From Candidatus Bathyarchaeia archaeon (GTDB taxonomy: Archaea > Thermoproteota > Bathyarchaeia > Bathyarchaeales > SOJC01): a DNA stretch of 64,000 nucleotides. The stretch is taken from the NCBI GenBank assembly GCA_035319765.1, contig DATHCB010000148.1, forward strand, positions 1,076-65,075, in the 5' to 3' direction. Positions within the stretch are counted from its first letter, which is position 1. Every line of letters starts with the position of its first letter. Shown one piece after another: positions 56,696 to 64,000 of this stretch. Position numbers and translations under genes: made by a program. The notes beneath the pieces are model-generated. The model searched no databases and had not been told where the DNA came from. It worked only from the letters and a program-made list of their open reading frames with translations.

Positions 56696-57085
56696 TTGAG
56701 TCAAACGGATATTAGCGGAGTCGCAGACGAGAAATATATCTATTTAACGACCCGGGGCAGAAAGACTGGAAATTCGCATACAGTTGAACTGTGGTTTGCG
56801 ATGGCTGGAAAGAAAATTTATCTTAGCCATGAAGGAGCGTACACCGACTGGATGAAAAATATTCTTAAGGATAGTCGAGTCGAGTTCAGGATCGGAAAGA
56901 TCCCGTTCAAGGGCAACGCTCGAATTACCGAAAGTGGGGAGATCTTCGAACTGGGAAAAAATGCCCTCTACCTCAAGTATTATGGCGAGGCAGACAAAGA
57001 CACCATTGACGATTGGTTCTCAGAATCAACAATAATAGAGATTTCAATGATTGGTACGATGTTGAACGCGTCCCATGATCGTTGA
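56696..57085 (+). CDS. DUF385-type (deazaflavin-dependent nitroreductase-family / PNPOx-like) protein
   Basis: IYLTTRGRKTGNSHTVELWFA..G.KIYL......TDWMKNIL.DSRVEFRIG matches the split-barrel DUF385 pattern. TTG start. Confidence 0.6.
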   Translation: MSQTDISGVADEKYIYLTTRGRKTGNSHTVELWFAMAGKKIYLSHEGAYTDWMKNILKDSRVEFRIGKIPFKGNARITESGEIFELGKNALYLKYYGEADKDTIDDWFSESTIIEISMIGTMLNASHDR

Positions 57086-57688
57086 AATGAGATCACTCCG
57101 GAAAGCACGTGCTCCTTTTCAAACGAAAATATGCTCGCGCACGCCGATTGCTCTGTTTCGACCATGGAACTGGCTCTGCATGGGAGGCGATTTGCATCAG
57201 GCAAGAGTCTGGCATCCCGTAATACCGGGCTAACGTCGCGCCATACTTTTCAGAGACGAAAAACATGTAGCGCGTGCGAAAACACAAGAGGAAATCACCC
57301 AACCACTGGAAACAGGCCTCGAATACGTGCTACAAAAATACAACATGGCCTTCATCAGAAAACGCAAGCGCGTGCGCTGACGATTTGCAAAAGCAACTAA
57401 GAGTCTATGCTGAAAAAAAGAAAACTTCGTAAACGGAGCGAGTTAAACAACTGATTAAAACTTCTCAATTTTCGACTTAGTTTAATGTATAACATTCTGA
57501 TACGTGAAAATCGGTAAAACGCGGAGACTATTCCCGCAATTCCCTCTTTCTTGTCAGTTAGGCATATCCTTGAGGATTTTTTTGCCATGTTTAAAAATCA
57601 GTTGTTATTGCTCATACAATTATGCAGGGTCATCGTGATCCACGTTTGCTTATACAGTTCGTCTTGGATGATTTGAGCTCAGGGTCGT

Positions 57689-58087
57689 CTAGATCCACGT
57701 GGATTTTGTTTCTTTGATTGTTTTGTAGTGGGGGTCGTCTGTGAGTATGCGAGCTTGGTTGGTAATGGCTGTTGCGGCTATGATGCAGTCGCCCATTGGA
57801 ATGTTCTTGTGCTGGCACTTTATTATGCCTGCTTGTCTAGCGATCGTGGGTGTAAGAGTTTCAATTTGAAGTCCACTTTCTATCAGTGCGTGGTAACGGG
57901 CTTCTGCCAGTTCCCTTCCTCTTTTTTCACAGGTCACTTGGACCACTTCTGAGATGACTATGGTGGGCAAAATCCCTTCATTCCTGTGAACTAGTTCTCT
58001 CAGTCTTCTTGTCGTTTTCTGTTGTGTTTCAACTCTTCCTGAGTAGAAATGTTCAGTGAAAAACCTCGTGTCCAGGATTTCTTTCAC
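57689..58087 (-). CDS. vapC: PIN-domain toxin (VapC family)
   Basis: ILDTRFF near the N-terminus (Asp), an internal Glu, and ILTDDPHY near the C-terminus. Directly downstream of an AbrB-type antitoxin gene. Confidence 0.8.
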   Translation of the reverse strand: MKEILDTRFFTEHFYSGRVETQQKTTRRLRELVHRNEGILPTIVISEVVQVTCEKRGRELAEARYHALIESGLQIETLTPTIARQAGIIKCQHKNIPMGDCIIAATAITNQARILTDDPHYKTIKETKSTWI

Positions 58088-58089
58088 GC

Positions 58090-58317
58090 CTAGTATTCCT
58101 CTCGCAACTTATCTATCCTCTTCTTGACGTTTTCTGCGTTGTCGTACTTTGCGTCTACCCCAGCCATTTCTTCAAGCCTCGGGATTGGTTTGAACAGCAC
58201 TCCCCTCTCGACTGTCTCCACCCAGAGCTGGTCTCCTTCTCTTATTCTCAGCTTTTTTCTGATATCCGCGGGGATGGTGGTCTGTCCTCTTCGCGTAACC
58301 TTAACAACGCTCCGCAA
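58090..58317 (-). CDS. vapB: AbrB/MazE/SpoVT-family antitoxin (VapB)
   Basis: VTRRGQTTIPADIRKKLRIREGDQL swapped-hairpin motif. 2-nt gap to vapC. Confidence 0.8.
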   Translation of the reverse strand: MRSVVKVTRRGQTTIPADIRKKLRIREGDQLWVETVERGVLFKPIPRLEEMAGVDAKYDNAENVKKRIDKLREEY

Positions 58318-58406
58318 GTATCATCACTCTTGTTATAAATGTATGCTAGTACTACCTTAAAAAGAGTTTCCTATCCAATTATAAGAGTAGGATTTTGCTG
58401 CCCCCT

Positions 58407-58571
58407 ATGAAATCTGCATACACATCGAACGAGAACTCTTTCTCGACGCGCCGACAGATGAGTATCGTCAAACTCTCCAAAACGCAGGAAGAGATAACCC
58501 GATTACTTGAAATCGGCTTCGAACACATACCTCGAATGGACGATCTTGCCTTCTTCAGAAAGCGCAAATGA
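58407..58571 (+). CDS. Small ORF (54 aa) ending ...EEITRLLEIGFEHIPRMDDLAFFRKRK, not in the ORF track
   Basis: My own translation of ATG 58407 to TGA 58571. The C-terminal ..GFE.......FRKRK pattern resembles small archaeal proteins I recall. It competes with the antisense 65-aa ORF 58379-58576, which looks less protein-like. Confidence 0.3.
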   Translation: MKSAYTSNENSFSTRRQMSIVKLSKTQEEITRLLEIGFEHIPRMDDLAFFRKRK

Positions 58572-58599
58572 CCCAAAAAATAACGGATGCTAAAAAAAC

Positions 58600-59718
58600 C
58601 TATGGGATTATTTCGCAGCCGTTGTATTTGAGGTAGTCGAAGTCTGATTTGTTGATTTTTCCTTTTTTGATGAGTTGTCTGATTCTGGGTTCAGTGTCTT
58701 TCAGTGTTTTGACTAGGTTTTTTACGGTGTCGCACACCAGGGCGTATTGGCTGTCGTTCCATTGCTTGGTGATGTTCGCGTAGAGGCAGCGTCCGCCGCA
58801 CAGGTCGATTGTGGAGCATTCAGTGCATGGTTTTGAGACGAAGATTTTCTTGAGCTTCAGCGGGTGGGCAGTTCTTATGTGTCCGAGTGTGAAGTCTTTC
58901 ATTCCGGCCATGACGGGGCAGGGCGCTATGCTTCCGTCGGTCTGTATGGTGTAGTTTGTCCAGCCTGAGCCGCATCTGAGGAGGCTCTTTTCATCGTTCA
59001 GCATTGAATTCATCAGCGCTAAGAACGGGTAGAGTCGGAGTACTTTCCCATTTTTTTCCATATGATCAACCCAGTGGTGTATGAGTTTTCGAATGCCAGG
59101 GTTGTAGCTTTGCTCGGTCCATTCTTTGAAGCGTCTGTTGGCGAAGTCGCTTCTCCAGAAGCCTGCGTCCAGCTGCCAGTGTACTAAAGGGAACTGGTAC
59201 TCCTTGTTGTTGAGTAGCCATGTCACCTGTTTGTAGATGTCGGTTTCTTCGGTTACGGTCATTCTGGCTATTATTTCGCCTTTGAATCCGTTGTTTACTA
59301 TTCTTCTGATGTTCTCTATGACCCTGCCCTGGACGCCTTCACCGCGGTTGAGGTCGGTTAGTTTCTTGTCTCCATCTATGGACACGAGTATAGTGTGTAG
59401 TCTGTTCACGTATACGGGCTCAAGTTTGTCCAGCAGCAGACCGTTTGTTTGAATGAGAAAATGCCTAGCCGGCACGACGTCTATTATTTCGCGTATCTTC
59501 TCCAGGCTCAGCGTTGGTTCGCCGCCGTAGAACGTTAAAATGCAGTCAGGGTCTTTGGCGCAAAACTCTTTCAACCAACTGATTGGATAATCAAGTCTGC
59601 TGGGCAACGAGTAGTCGATTTGGTAGTCAAAGTCTGTGTCGATGTCATCGCATGACTTTCCGTAACAGTACCTGCATTGCAAGTTGCATCTTGTCGTCAG
59701 TATTAGGTGAAAGTACAC
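58600..59718 (-). CDS. Radical SAM/SPASM-domain enzyme (peptide-maturase-like)
   Basis: N-terminal CNLQCRYCY at aa 11-19. Full SPASM signature: CGSGWTNYTIQTDGSIAPCP (C-x12-G-x4-C) and CTECSTIDLCGGRC (CX2CX5CX3C). Confidence 0.85.
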   Translation of the reverse strand: MYFHLILTTRCNLQCRYCYGKSCDDIDTDFDYQIDYSLPSRLDYPISWLKEFCAKDPDCILTFYGGEPTLSLEKIREIIDVVPARHFLIQTNGLLLDKLEPVYVNRLHTILVSIDGDKKLTDLNRGEGVQGRVIENIRRIVNNGFKGEIIARMTVTEETDIYKQVTWLLNNKEYQFPLVHWQLDAGFWRSDFANRRFKEWTEQSYNPGIRKLIHHWVDHMEKNGKVLRLYPFLALMNSMLNDEKSLLRCGSGWTNYTIQTDGSIAPCPVMAGMKDFTLGHIRTAHPLKLKKIFVSKPCTECSTIDLCGGRCLYANITKQWNDSQYALVCDTVKNLVKTLKDTEPRIRQLIKKGKINKSDFDYLKYNGCEIIP

Positions 59719-60038
59719 AGACGGACTCTCTTGACTCTTGTGAGTAGCGTTCGCATGTTCTTTTAGTGGTCGATCGGGAGTTCATAAGGGTATTTGCCTT
59801 ACGTAGCACTCATGAAAAAAGCATGAGCGCGCGCGTCGCGATTTGTCGTGTATTGAATCCATTAACCGAGGCCCCGGCCAACACGCGATCTGCCTGCAAT
59901 CTCCAAAGCCACTTCAAGATGTCAACAGTCATGCTGTCGCAAGTCAGTTGAGCGTCATTCAAATCTTTTGGGTTTCGATAGTATTAGGAAGGTGTATATT
60001 GTTTGATGTTATAAAATCTTAAATATCGACGCGTAGAT

Positions 60039-60386
60039 GTGTTGAACGCGTATACTCATTGTGTGGAGCATTTAAGCTCTCAGGCAGAGTGTTCTCATTT
60101 GGTGCAAGCGGAGAAAGAGACTGAATTCGCCGTTCGCGGAAGGATAGACATAATAGCTGATATACTGCGGCAAGCGAAGCATGGGGCAAAGAAGACGAGA
60201 ATCATGTACCTGTGCAACCTGAGCTTCAGGCAGCTTCGTGTGTACCTAAATTTCTCGGTCAAGAAGGGTTTCTTGAGGTTTGGTTCTGTTGCTGAGAGTC
60301 CGGGGTCGGTGATGTTTGTAACTACCGAGAAGGGCTTGGATTTCTTGGAGGCTTATGATAGCCTTCAGGCTGTTATTTCCTCGTAG
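60039..60386 (+). CDS. Small winged-helix DNA-binding protein (archaeal HTH_45-like)
   Basis: RIDIIADILRQAKHGAKKTRIMYLCNLSFRQLRVYLNFSVKKGFL. Paralog of CDS 61322-61690. The true start is probably downstream of the TTG. Confidence 0.6.
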   Translation: MLNAYTHCVEHLSSQAECSHLVQAEKETEFAVRGRIDIIADILRQAKHGAKKTRIMYLCNLSFRQLRVYLNFSVKKGFLRFGSVAESPGSVMFVTTEKGLDFLEAYDSLQAVISS

Positions 60387-60685
60387 GACTCTCTAGGGTC
60401 CGATTCGTTCAGTTTTTTGAGAAACTGTTTCGTCAAGCGGCTTAGGCGGACTTGGTTCACTTTCTTGTCTGTTTCGATGAGGTTGAATTCATTCATGAAT
60501 GACAGCATGAGTTTCATTTTTTTGGCATCCAACCCCGTCATGTGCTGAACATCTTCAGCCTTGTGCCACCTTCCGTCTTTGAGTGCATAGAGCAGTTTGT
60601 CGGCGCATTGCATTTGCATAGGGTGCCGTCTCATGTAGCCTCTCTTAGAAAAAGCAGATAAATGGTTTGTGAGCTCCCGTTTCAT
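60365..60685 (-). CDS. Hypothetical small protein, possible winged helix
   Basis: LLYALKDGRWHKAEDVQHMTGLDAKKMKLMLSFMNEFNLIE looks wHTH-like. Its 3' end overlaps the convergent gene by 22 nt. Confidence 0.5.
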   Translation of the reverse strand: MKRELTNHLSAFSKRGYMRRHPMQMQCADKLLYALKDGRWHKAEDVQHMTGLDAKKMKLMLSFMNEFNLIETDKKVNQVRLSRLTKQFLKKLNESDPRESYEEITA

Positions 60686-60837
60686 ACGAAAGTAATTGAT
60701 ATTCTAGACAAAATAGAGCAGTGTTCTAGACTAGAGCACCTTATGTTCTTAAATAACGCAGCCCATGTTCTGTAATAGAGCCACAGGGAATCGTAAGAAA
60801 AGCGAACGGTTACGTTGAAAACGAAAAGAAACGATCT

Positions 60838-61272
60838 TTGAAAAGTTTCATTCCGCTCCGGGCACGGAGGGACTTGACAGTGGCAAACAGCGAATGGAAA
60901 GAAAGGAAAGAATTCATCGAAGAGCTGAAACGCCAATGGAAGCTCATGTGGATCGAGCGCATAGATGACAGGCTAAAGGCAGAAGGAATTGCCGACAAGG
61001 ACTTTTCTCTCCTCTTCGTGGACCGAGGAACCATAATCATGGCAACAAGGGACTACAAGCCCCTCGACTTTGCACAAGTCCTTGAGGAGCACAAGTTGAC
61101 GCGCCAAGGAAGCGAAATCGCTCCAAACTCGACCGTTGGCGGCTGGGGCAAGTTTGCCCGCGAGACCTATCAAAAACGTGCAAGTGCGAGAAGACAGTCG
61201 TACGTTCAGCCTAAATGCGTTGGCTCTGCCTTGAAGAAAGGTGGAAAGGGCTGGCTTCACGCCAGATTGTGA
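60838..61272 (+). CDS. Hypothetical protein (144 aa)
   Basis: Charged, helical N-terminal half. No family recognised. Start uncertain. Confidence 0.4.
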   Translation: MKSFIPLRARRDLTVANSEWKERKEFIEELKRQWKLMWIERIDDRLKAEGIADKDFSLLFVDRGTIIMATRDYKPLDFAQVLEEHKLTRQGSEIAPNSTVGGWGKFARETYQKRASARRQSYVQPKCVGSALKKGGKGWLHARL

Positions 61273-61321
61273 GTTAAAGCTCGTTTTTTTGACGTGTTTG
61301 AAAATTCATTCCAGGTGAGGT

Positions 61322-61690
61322 TTGTTGTCCAAGTATAGAAATCGAGTGGAGATCATAGCCGATATCTTGAACATCGTCGGCGACGGTGCTCGGAAGACGC
61401 AGATAATGTACAAGGGAAACCTTAGCTACAAGCTTCTCACGCGGTACCTTCGTGAAGTCATCGGCGCCGGCTTAGTTTGCGCTGGAGAGACAGCAAATAT
61501 CTATCAGTTGACAGAGAAAGGAAAGATGTTCTTGAAGGATTTCGAGGATTACTCGTTGAACCGTGACGAAGTGGTAGAGCACATGACGGCTATGAATGGC
61601 TTAAGAAACAAGCTTGAAGGGATGTGCACACCAAAGACCATGCGCAAGGGATTCAAGTCCGAGCCTGAAGAGCGGTATAAAGCGAATTAA
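61322..61690 (+). CDS. Small winged-helix DNA-binding protein (archaeal HTH_45-like)
   Basis: RVEIIADILNIVGDGARKTQIMYKGNLSYKLLTRYLREVIGAGLV. Confidence 0.7.
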   Translation: MLSKYRNRVEIIADILNIVGDGARKTQIMYKGNLSYKLLTRYLREVIGAGLVCAGETANIYQLTEKGKMFLKDFEDYSLNRDEVVEHMTAMNGLRNKLEGMCTPKTMRKGFKSEPEERYKAN

Positions 61691-61701
61691 GCCCATATCG
61701 G

Positions 61702-62649
61702 TTGGCGGTATGCTACAAAAAAACTTTGCTAGGGAGTGACTTTTCTACGCCTAAGAGAACAGCAACTCACAAAGCAGGCTTTTTCACGATCGTCATCCTC
61801 TTCTTTCTAGTCGCATTTCTCGCAGGCCAGTCATTTGTGCCTAGGGTTCAAGCAGACGCGTCCGGGCCCTCGCTAACTCCTTTGGCTCCTGTTCCATGCA
61901 CGTCGCCACAGACTGGATTGGTTATGGGAGGCTATTTGAACAGCGCAGGTGCTCCTTCGGTGTGGATCGTCTCAGTTTCTGGTGTGAGTGAGAACAGGTC
62001 GCATTGGCCCAGTTTTTTTGACGCGAACTCGAGCATGTGGTACTGGCTAAAGCTTGTCGTCGGCACCATTTACAACGGCGTGTGGACGTATGACGGAAAC
62101 GTTTCAGTCTCCTACACTCCGCCAGGACATCCAAACGGCGCATCATTCGCTCCCATAGTGTGGGACGGAAACGCGGTTGGCTACCACCAGATCATGTTCG
62201 GCTGCCAAGACCTCACGGGAAACCAATCGTGGGTAAGCGTAGGATATCGCATCACATTTGCGCACGCCATCGCCGAGGCTCAGCAGGAACTCACGGTGTG
62301 TTACCAAGCCGTTGCAAACGCGAGCAGCGCAGGCGCGAATGTTGCAGGTCTGCTTCGAGTGCTCGATCAAGCTGGCGAAAATTTGTCTCAAGCTGATTTG
62401 GCGTACGGGATAGGCGACAATGCTTCTGCATTGATCTACGCCAATCAGTGTTTGAACCTGCTTATTCAGAATAATGTTCAGACTCGGGCAAATGCTTTGG
62501 AGAGTTCGGCGTCTCAGGCGCGTTTCTGGGGTTTTATGATCAACGTCGTTGGCTCTTCTGCGGGTGCTGTTGCCGTGGTCATTTGCGGTTTTGTGGTGTG
62601 GACTTTTCTTAAGCGGAGATATCTGAGACGAGGAGGCGTTGCTCGATGA
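61702..62649 (+). CDS. Secreted protein with an N-terminal beta domain, helical (coiled-coil-like) stalk and C-terminal TM anchor
   Basis: Signal peptide ...FVPRVQADAS. Helical segment AIAEAQQELTVCYQAVANASSAGANVAGLLRVLDQAGENLSQADL... C-terminal TM plus RRYLRRGG. TTG start. Confidence 0.6.
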   Translation: MAVCYKKTLLGSDFSTPKRTATHKAGFFTIVILFFLVAFLAGQSFVPRVQADASGPSLTPLAPVPCTSPQTGLVMGGYLNSAGAPSVWIVSVSGVSENRSHWPSFFDANSSMWYWLKLVVGTIYNGVWTYDGNVSVSYTPPGHPNGASFAPIVWDGNAVGYHQIMFGCQDLTGNQSWVSVGYRITFAHAIAEAQQELTVCYQAVANASSAGANVAGLLRVLDQAGENLSQADLAYGIGDNASALIYANQCLNLLIQNNVQTRANALESSASQARFWGFMINVVGSSAGAVAVVICGFVVWTFLKRRYLRRGGVAR

Positions 62650-63254
62650 ATGTTCGGGAGTATGCGATACTTTTCTGGACGGTTGTGGGAATCATAACGC
62701 TTCTTGTGGCCTCTCCTGCGTTGAGTAGGCTTTTGGTTTATCCGCAGACTGAGTTTTTCACCGAGATGTGGCTACTGGGTCCTCATCATATGGCTGAGAA
62801 TTATCCCTTTAACATCACGCGCGGGCAGACTTACAGCATTTACCTAGACCTTGCGAATCACCTGGGCTATTCTGCGTATTATGTTGTCGAGGTGAAGTTT
62901 CGTAACAGTACGCAGTCGGCGCCTAGTAGTTTTGGTCCGGTTTCGAATCAGACTCCGAGCAGTTTGCCTTCGCTTTACAATGTTTCGGCTTTTGTGGCTG
63001 ATGAAGGTTCGTGGGAGTTGCCGCTGTCTTTCTCCTTTGACTTCTTTAATACAACGCTTTTGACGGTTCAAATGCGCGGTCTAACGTTGAACGGTGCTGG
63101 CTTGAATCTAACCGGTTGTAGCATAGCTTATAGTCCCCAAGGAGTCATGTATGCAGGGAACCTGTTCTTCGAGCTTTGGATTTACAACAGAACTACGAGC
63201 GTTTTCGAGTACAATGACCGTTGGGTTGGATTGGTACTCAACATGACGGTTTAG
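62646..63254 (+). CDS. DUF1616-like membrane-anchored extracellular protein
   Basis: N-terminal TM, then PQTEFFTEMWLLGP.....NYPFNIT.GQ.YSIYL.L.NHLG....Y.V.VKF is typical of archaeal DUF1616. ATGA overlap with the upstream gene. Confidence 0.6.
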   Translation: MNVREYAILFWTVVGIITLLVASPALSRLLVYPQTEFFTEMWLLGPHHMAENYPFNITRGQTYSIYLDLANHLGYSAYYVVEVKFRNSTQSAPSSFGPVSNQTPSSLPSLYNVSAFVADEGSWELPLSFSFDFFNTTLLTVQMRGLTLNGAGLNLTGCSIAYSPQGVMYAGNLFFELWIYNRTTSVFEYNDRWVGLVLNMTV

Positions 63255-63265
63255 AAGGGTCGCGA

Positions 63266-64000
63266 ATGAGCAGTTATTCAGTGAGGACTTTTAGGGCTGG
63301 CGACGAAGAGGACATTATTGAGCTTTTCAACCGTGTTTATGGTGAGTATGGCGGTTTCGTTCCCAGAACCGTAGATTACTGGCGTTGGTGCTGCCTAGAG
63401 AGGCCCGACGTTAAGAAAGGTGGAGTTTTTCTTGCTTTTGCCAGCGACAGGCTCTGCGGCTACATTGTTGCAGGTTCTTCTGGAAACCTTTGGGAATTCT
63501 GTGTCGATGAAGATGATAGAGAGGTTGCCAAGGTTCTTTTGGATCAGGCTTTAAAATATCTTGAGAGCCTTGAGGTTTCTTCAGTTAACATTAATGTTCC
63601 GCGCGATGCGGAGATCGTTGCAAGTCTGCGAGAGGCAGGGTTCGGTGAACTTCCTGCTGAGAGAATGTTTGTATCTGCTTTGAATCCTGCAGCACTGGTT
63701 CGCGCTTTGGTTTCTCCTTCGCAAGGAAGGATTGTGAGCGAAGATTATCAACTGAGCTTCAAGCTGCGCGAAGTGCCTTATGGCGTCGACACAGGGTTTT
63801 CCGTGAAGGCCGATGGACGGAAAGTGGAGGTTTCGGAGGGTTTTCCAACTGTGCCTGCCGTCGTCGTTGAGTTGGAATTTATGGATCTGCTTTCAATCCT
63901 GTTCGAGGGTGCAAGTCCTCGTAAGCTTTTTCTTGCTCGTAGAATGAAGGTTAGGCCGTTCTGGAAGTTTAACGTGGTTCTCGGTTTCTTGTCTGCGGTT
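63266..64000 (+). CDS. GNAT-family N-acetyltransferase (Eis-like, with C-terminal extension), 3' end beyond the window
   Basis: My own translation from ATG 63266: MSSYSVRTFRAGDEEDIIELFNRVYGEYGGFVPRTVDYWRWCCLERPDV... The frame is open to nt 64000. It is absent from the ORF track because no stop lies in the window. Confidence 0.7.
   Translation, partial: MSSYSVRTFRAGDEEDIIELFNRVYGEYGGFVPRTVDYWRWCCLERPDVKKGGVFLAFASDRLCGYIVAGSSGNLWEFCVDEDDREVAKVLLDQALKYLESLEVSSVNINVPRDAEIVASLREAGFGELPAERMFVSALNPAALVRALVSPSQGRIVSEDYQLSFKLREVPYGVDTGFSVKADGRKVEVSEGFPTVPAVVVELEFMDLLSILFEGASPRKLFLARRMKVRPFWKFNVVLGFLSAV

Noticed and set aside
57090-57688. A 600-bp stretch with only weak ORFs (57093-57302, 57131-57400, 57397-57588), considered as a decayed gene or mobile-element remnant.
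   Set aside because: I could not recognise any family, terminal repeat or RNA motif. It is left unannotated rather than guessed.
57694-57705. Perfect 12-bp palindrome ATCCACGTGGAT near the vapC end, considered as a regulatory site.
   Set aside because: It lies inside the last codons of vapC (…KSTWI stop). It is more simply explained as coding sequence.
58379-58576. 65-aa minus-strand ORF immediately downstream of the radical SAM/SPASM gene, considered as a possible precursor peptide.
   Set aside because: The sequence is unremarkable. The opposite strand encodes a more protein-like 54-aa ORF ending in FFRKRK. Neither can be confirmed, so I list only the plus-strand ORF, at low confidence.
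1-64000. A search for transposases, integrases, reverse transcriptases, cas genes or known defence-system genes that could explain the repeats and duplications.
   Set aside because: No ORF in the track shows motifs of these families. VapBC is the only toxin-antitoxin or defence-like module recognised.

Overview
This looks like an archaeal chromosomal segment, roughly three-quarters coding. Many ORF-track starts are TTG or GTG, so several 5' ends are uncertain. All coordinates and counts were read by eye and should be recomputed.

Gene content, left to right:
- 1-1.8 kb: the tail of the CODH/ACS corrinoid protein gene (cdhE-like), a ferredoxin, a CooT-like Ni chaperone and a PEBP protein.
- 2-4.8 kb: a repeat-rich surface protein and a membrane protein.
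- 5.1-7.6 kb: an MDR oxidoreductase and a radical SAM enzyme.
- 7.6-8.9 kb: a 1.3-kb gene-free region that holds a large inverted repeat.
- 8.9-21.5 kb: a cluster of secreted or anchored surface proteins. It includes two NosD-like beta-helix paralogs and a PQQ-like beta-propeller, plus an Lrp-type regulator and a methyltransferase.
- 21.9-37.1 kb: a glycosylation and cell-surface island with three SDR sugar-nucleotide enzymes, three GT2s, one GT4, a 712-aa GT-C enzyme, two large secreted proteins and gene remnants.
- 37-40 kb: flavin reductase, C45 peptidase-like protein, CoA-binding protein and thioredoxin.
- 40-47 kb: a second surface-protein region bracketed by a segmental duplication.
- 48.3-51.5 kb: an nrdR-nrdD-nrdG operon.
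- 51.7-64 kb: an E1-like ThiF protein, RDD protein, aquaporin, GNAT, DUF385-like protein, VapBC, a radical SAM/SPASM enzyme and a wHTH/DUF1616 cluster.

I recognised no rRNA, tRNA, CRISPR array, transposase or integrase.

The most unusual signals are all in non-coding DNA or at protein C-termini:
1. A family of quasi-palindromic 16-mers (GGATAAAACTTTACCC). They have G-tract/C-tract arms and nucleotide-depleted low-complexity flanks, and they sit upstream of surface-protein genes in a gene-co-directional orientation.
2. Strong enrichment of alternating (GC)n runs, often as TAGCGCGC, at gene boundaries.
3. A roughly 650-bp inverted-repeat structure with no ORF.
4. Two different shared C-terminal anchor cassettes: PEF-CTERM-like, and an LAPWL...LLKGIITKK type I do not recognise.
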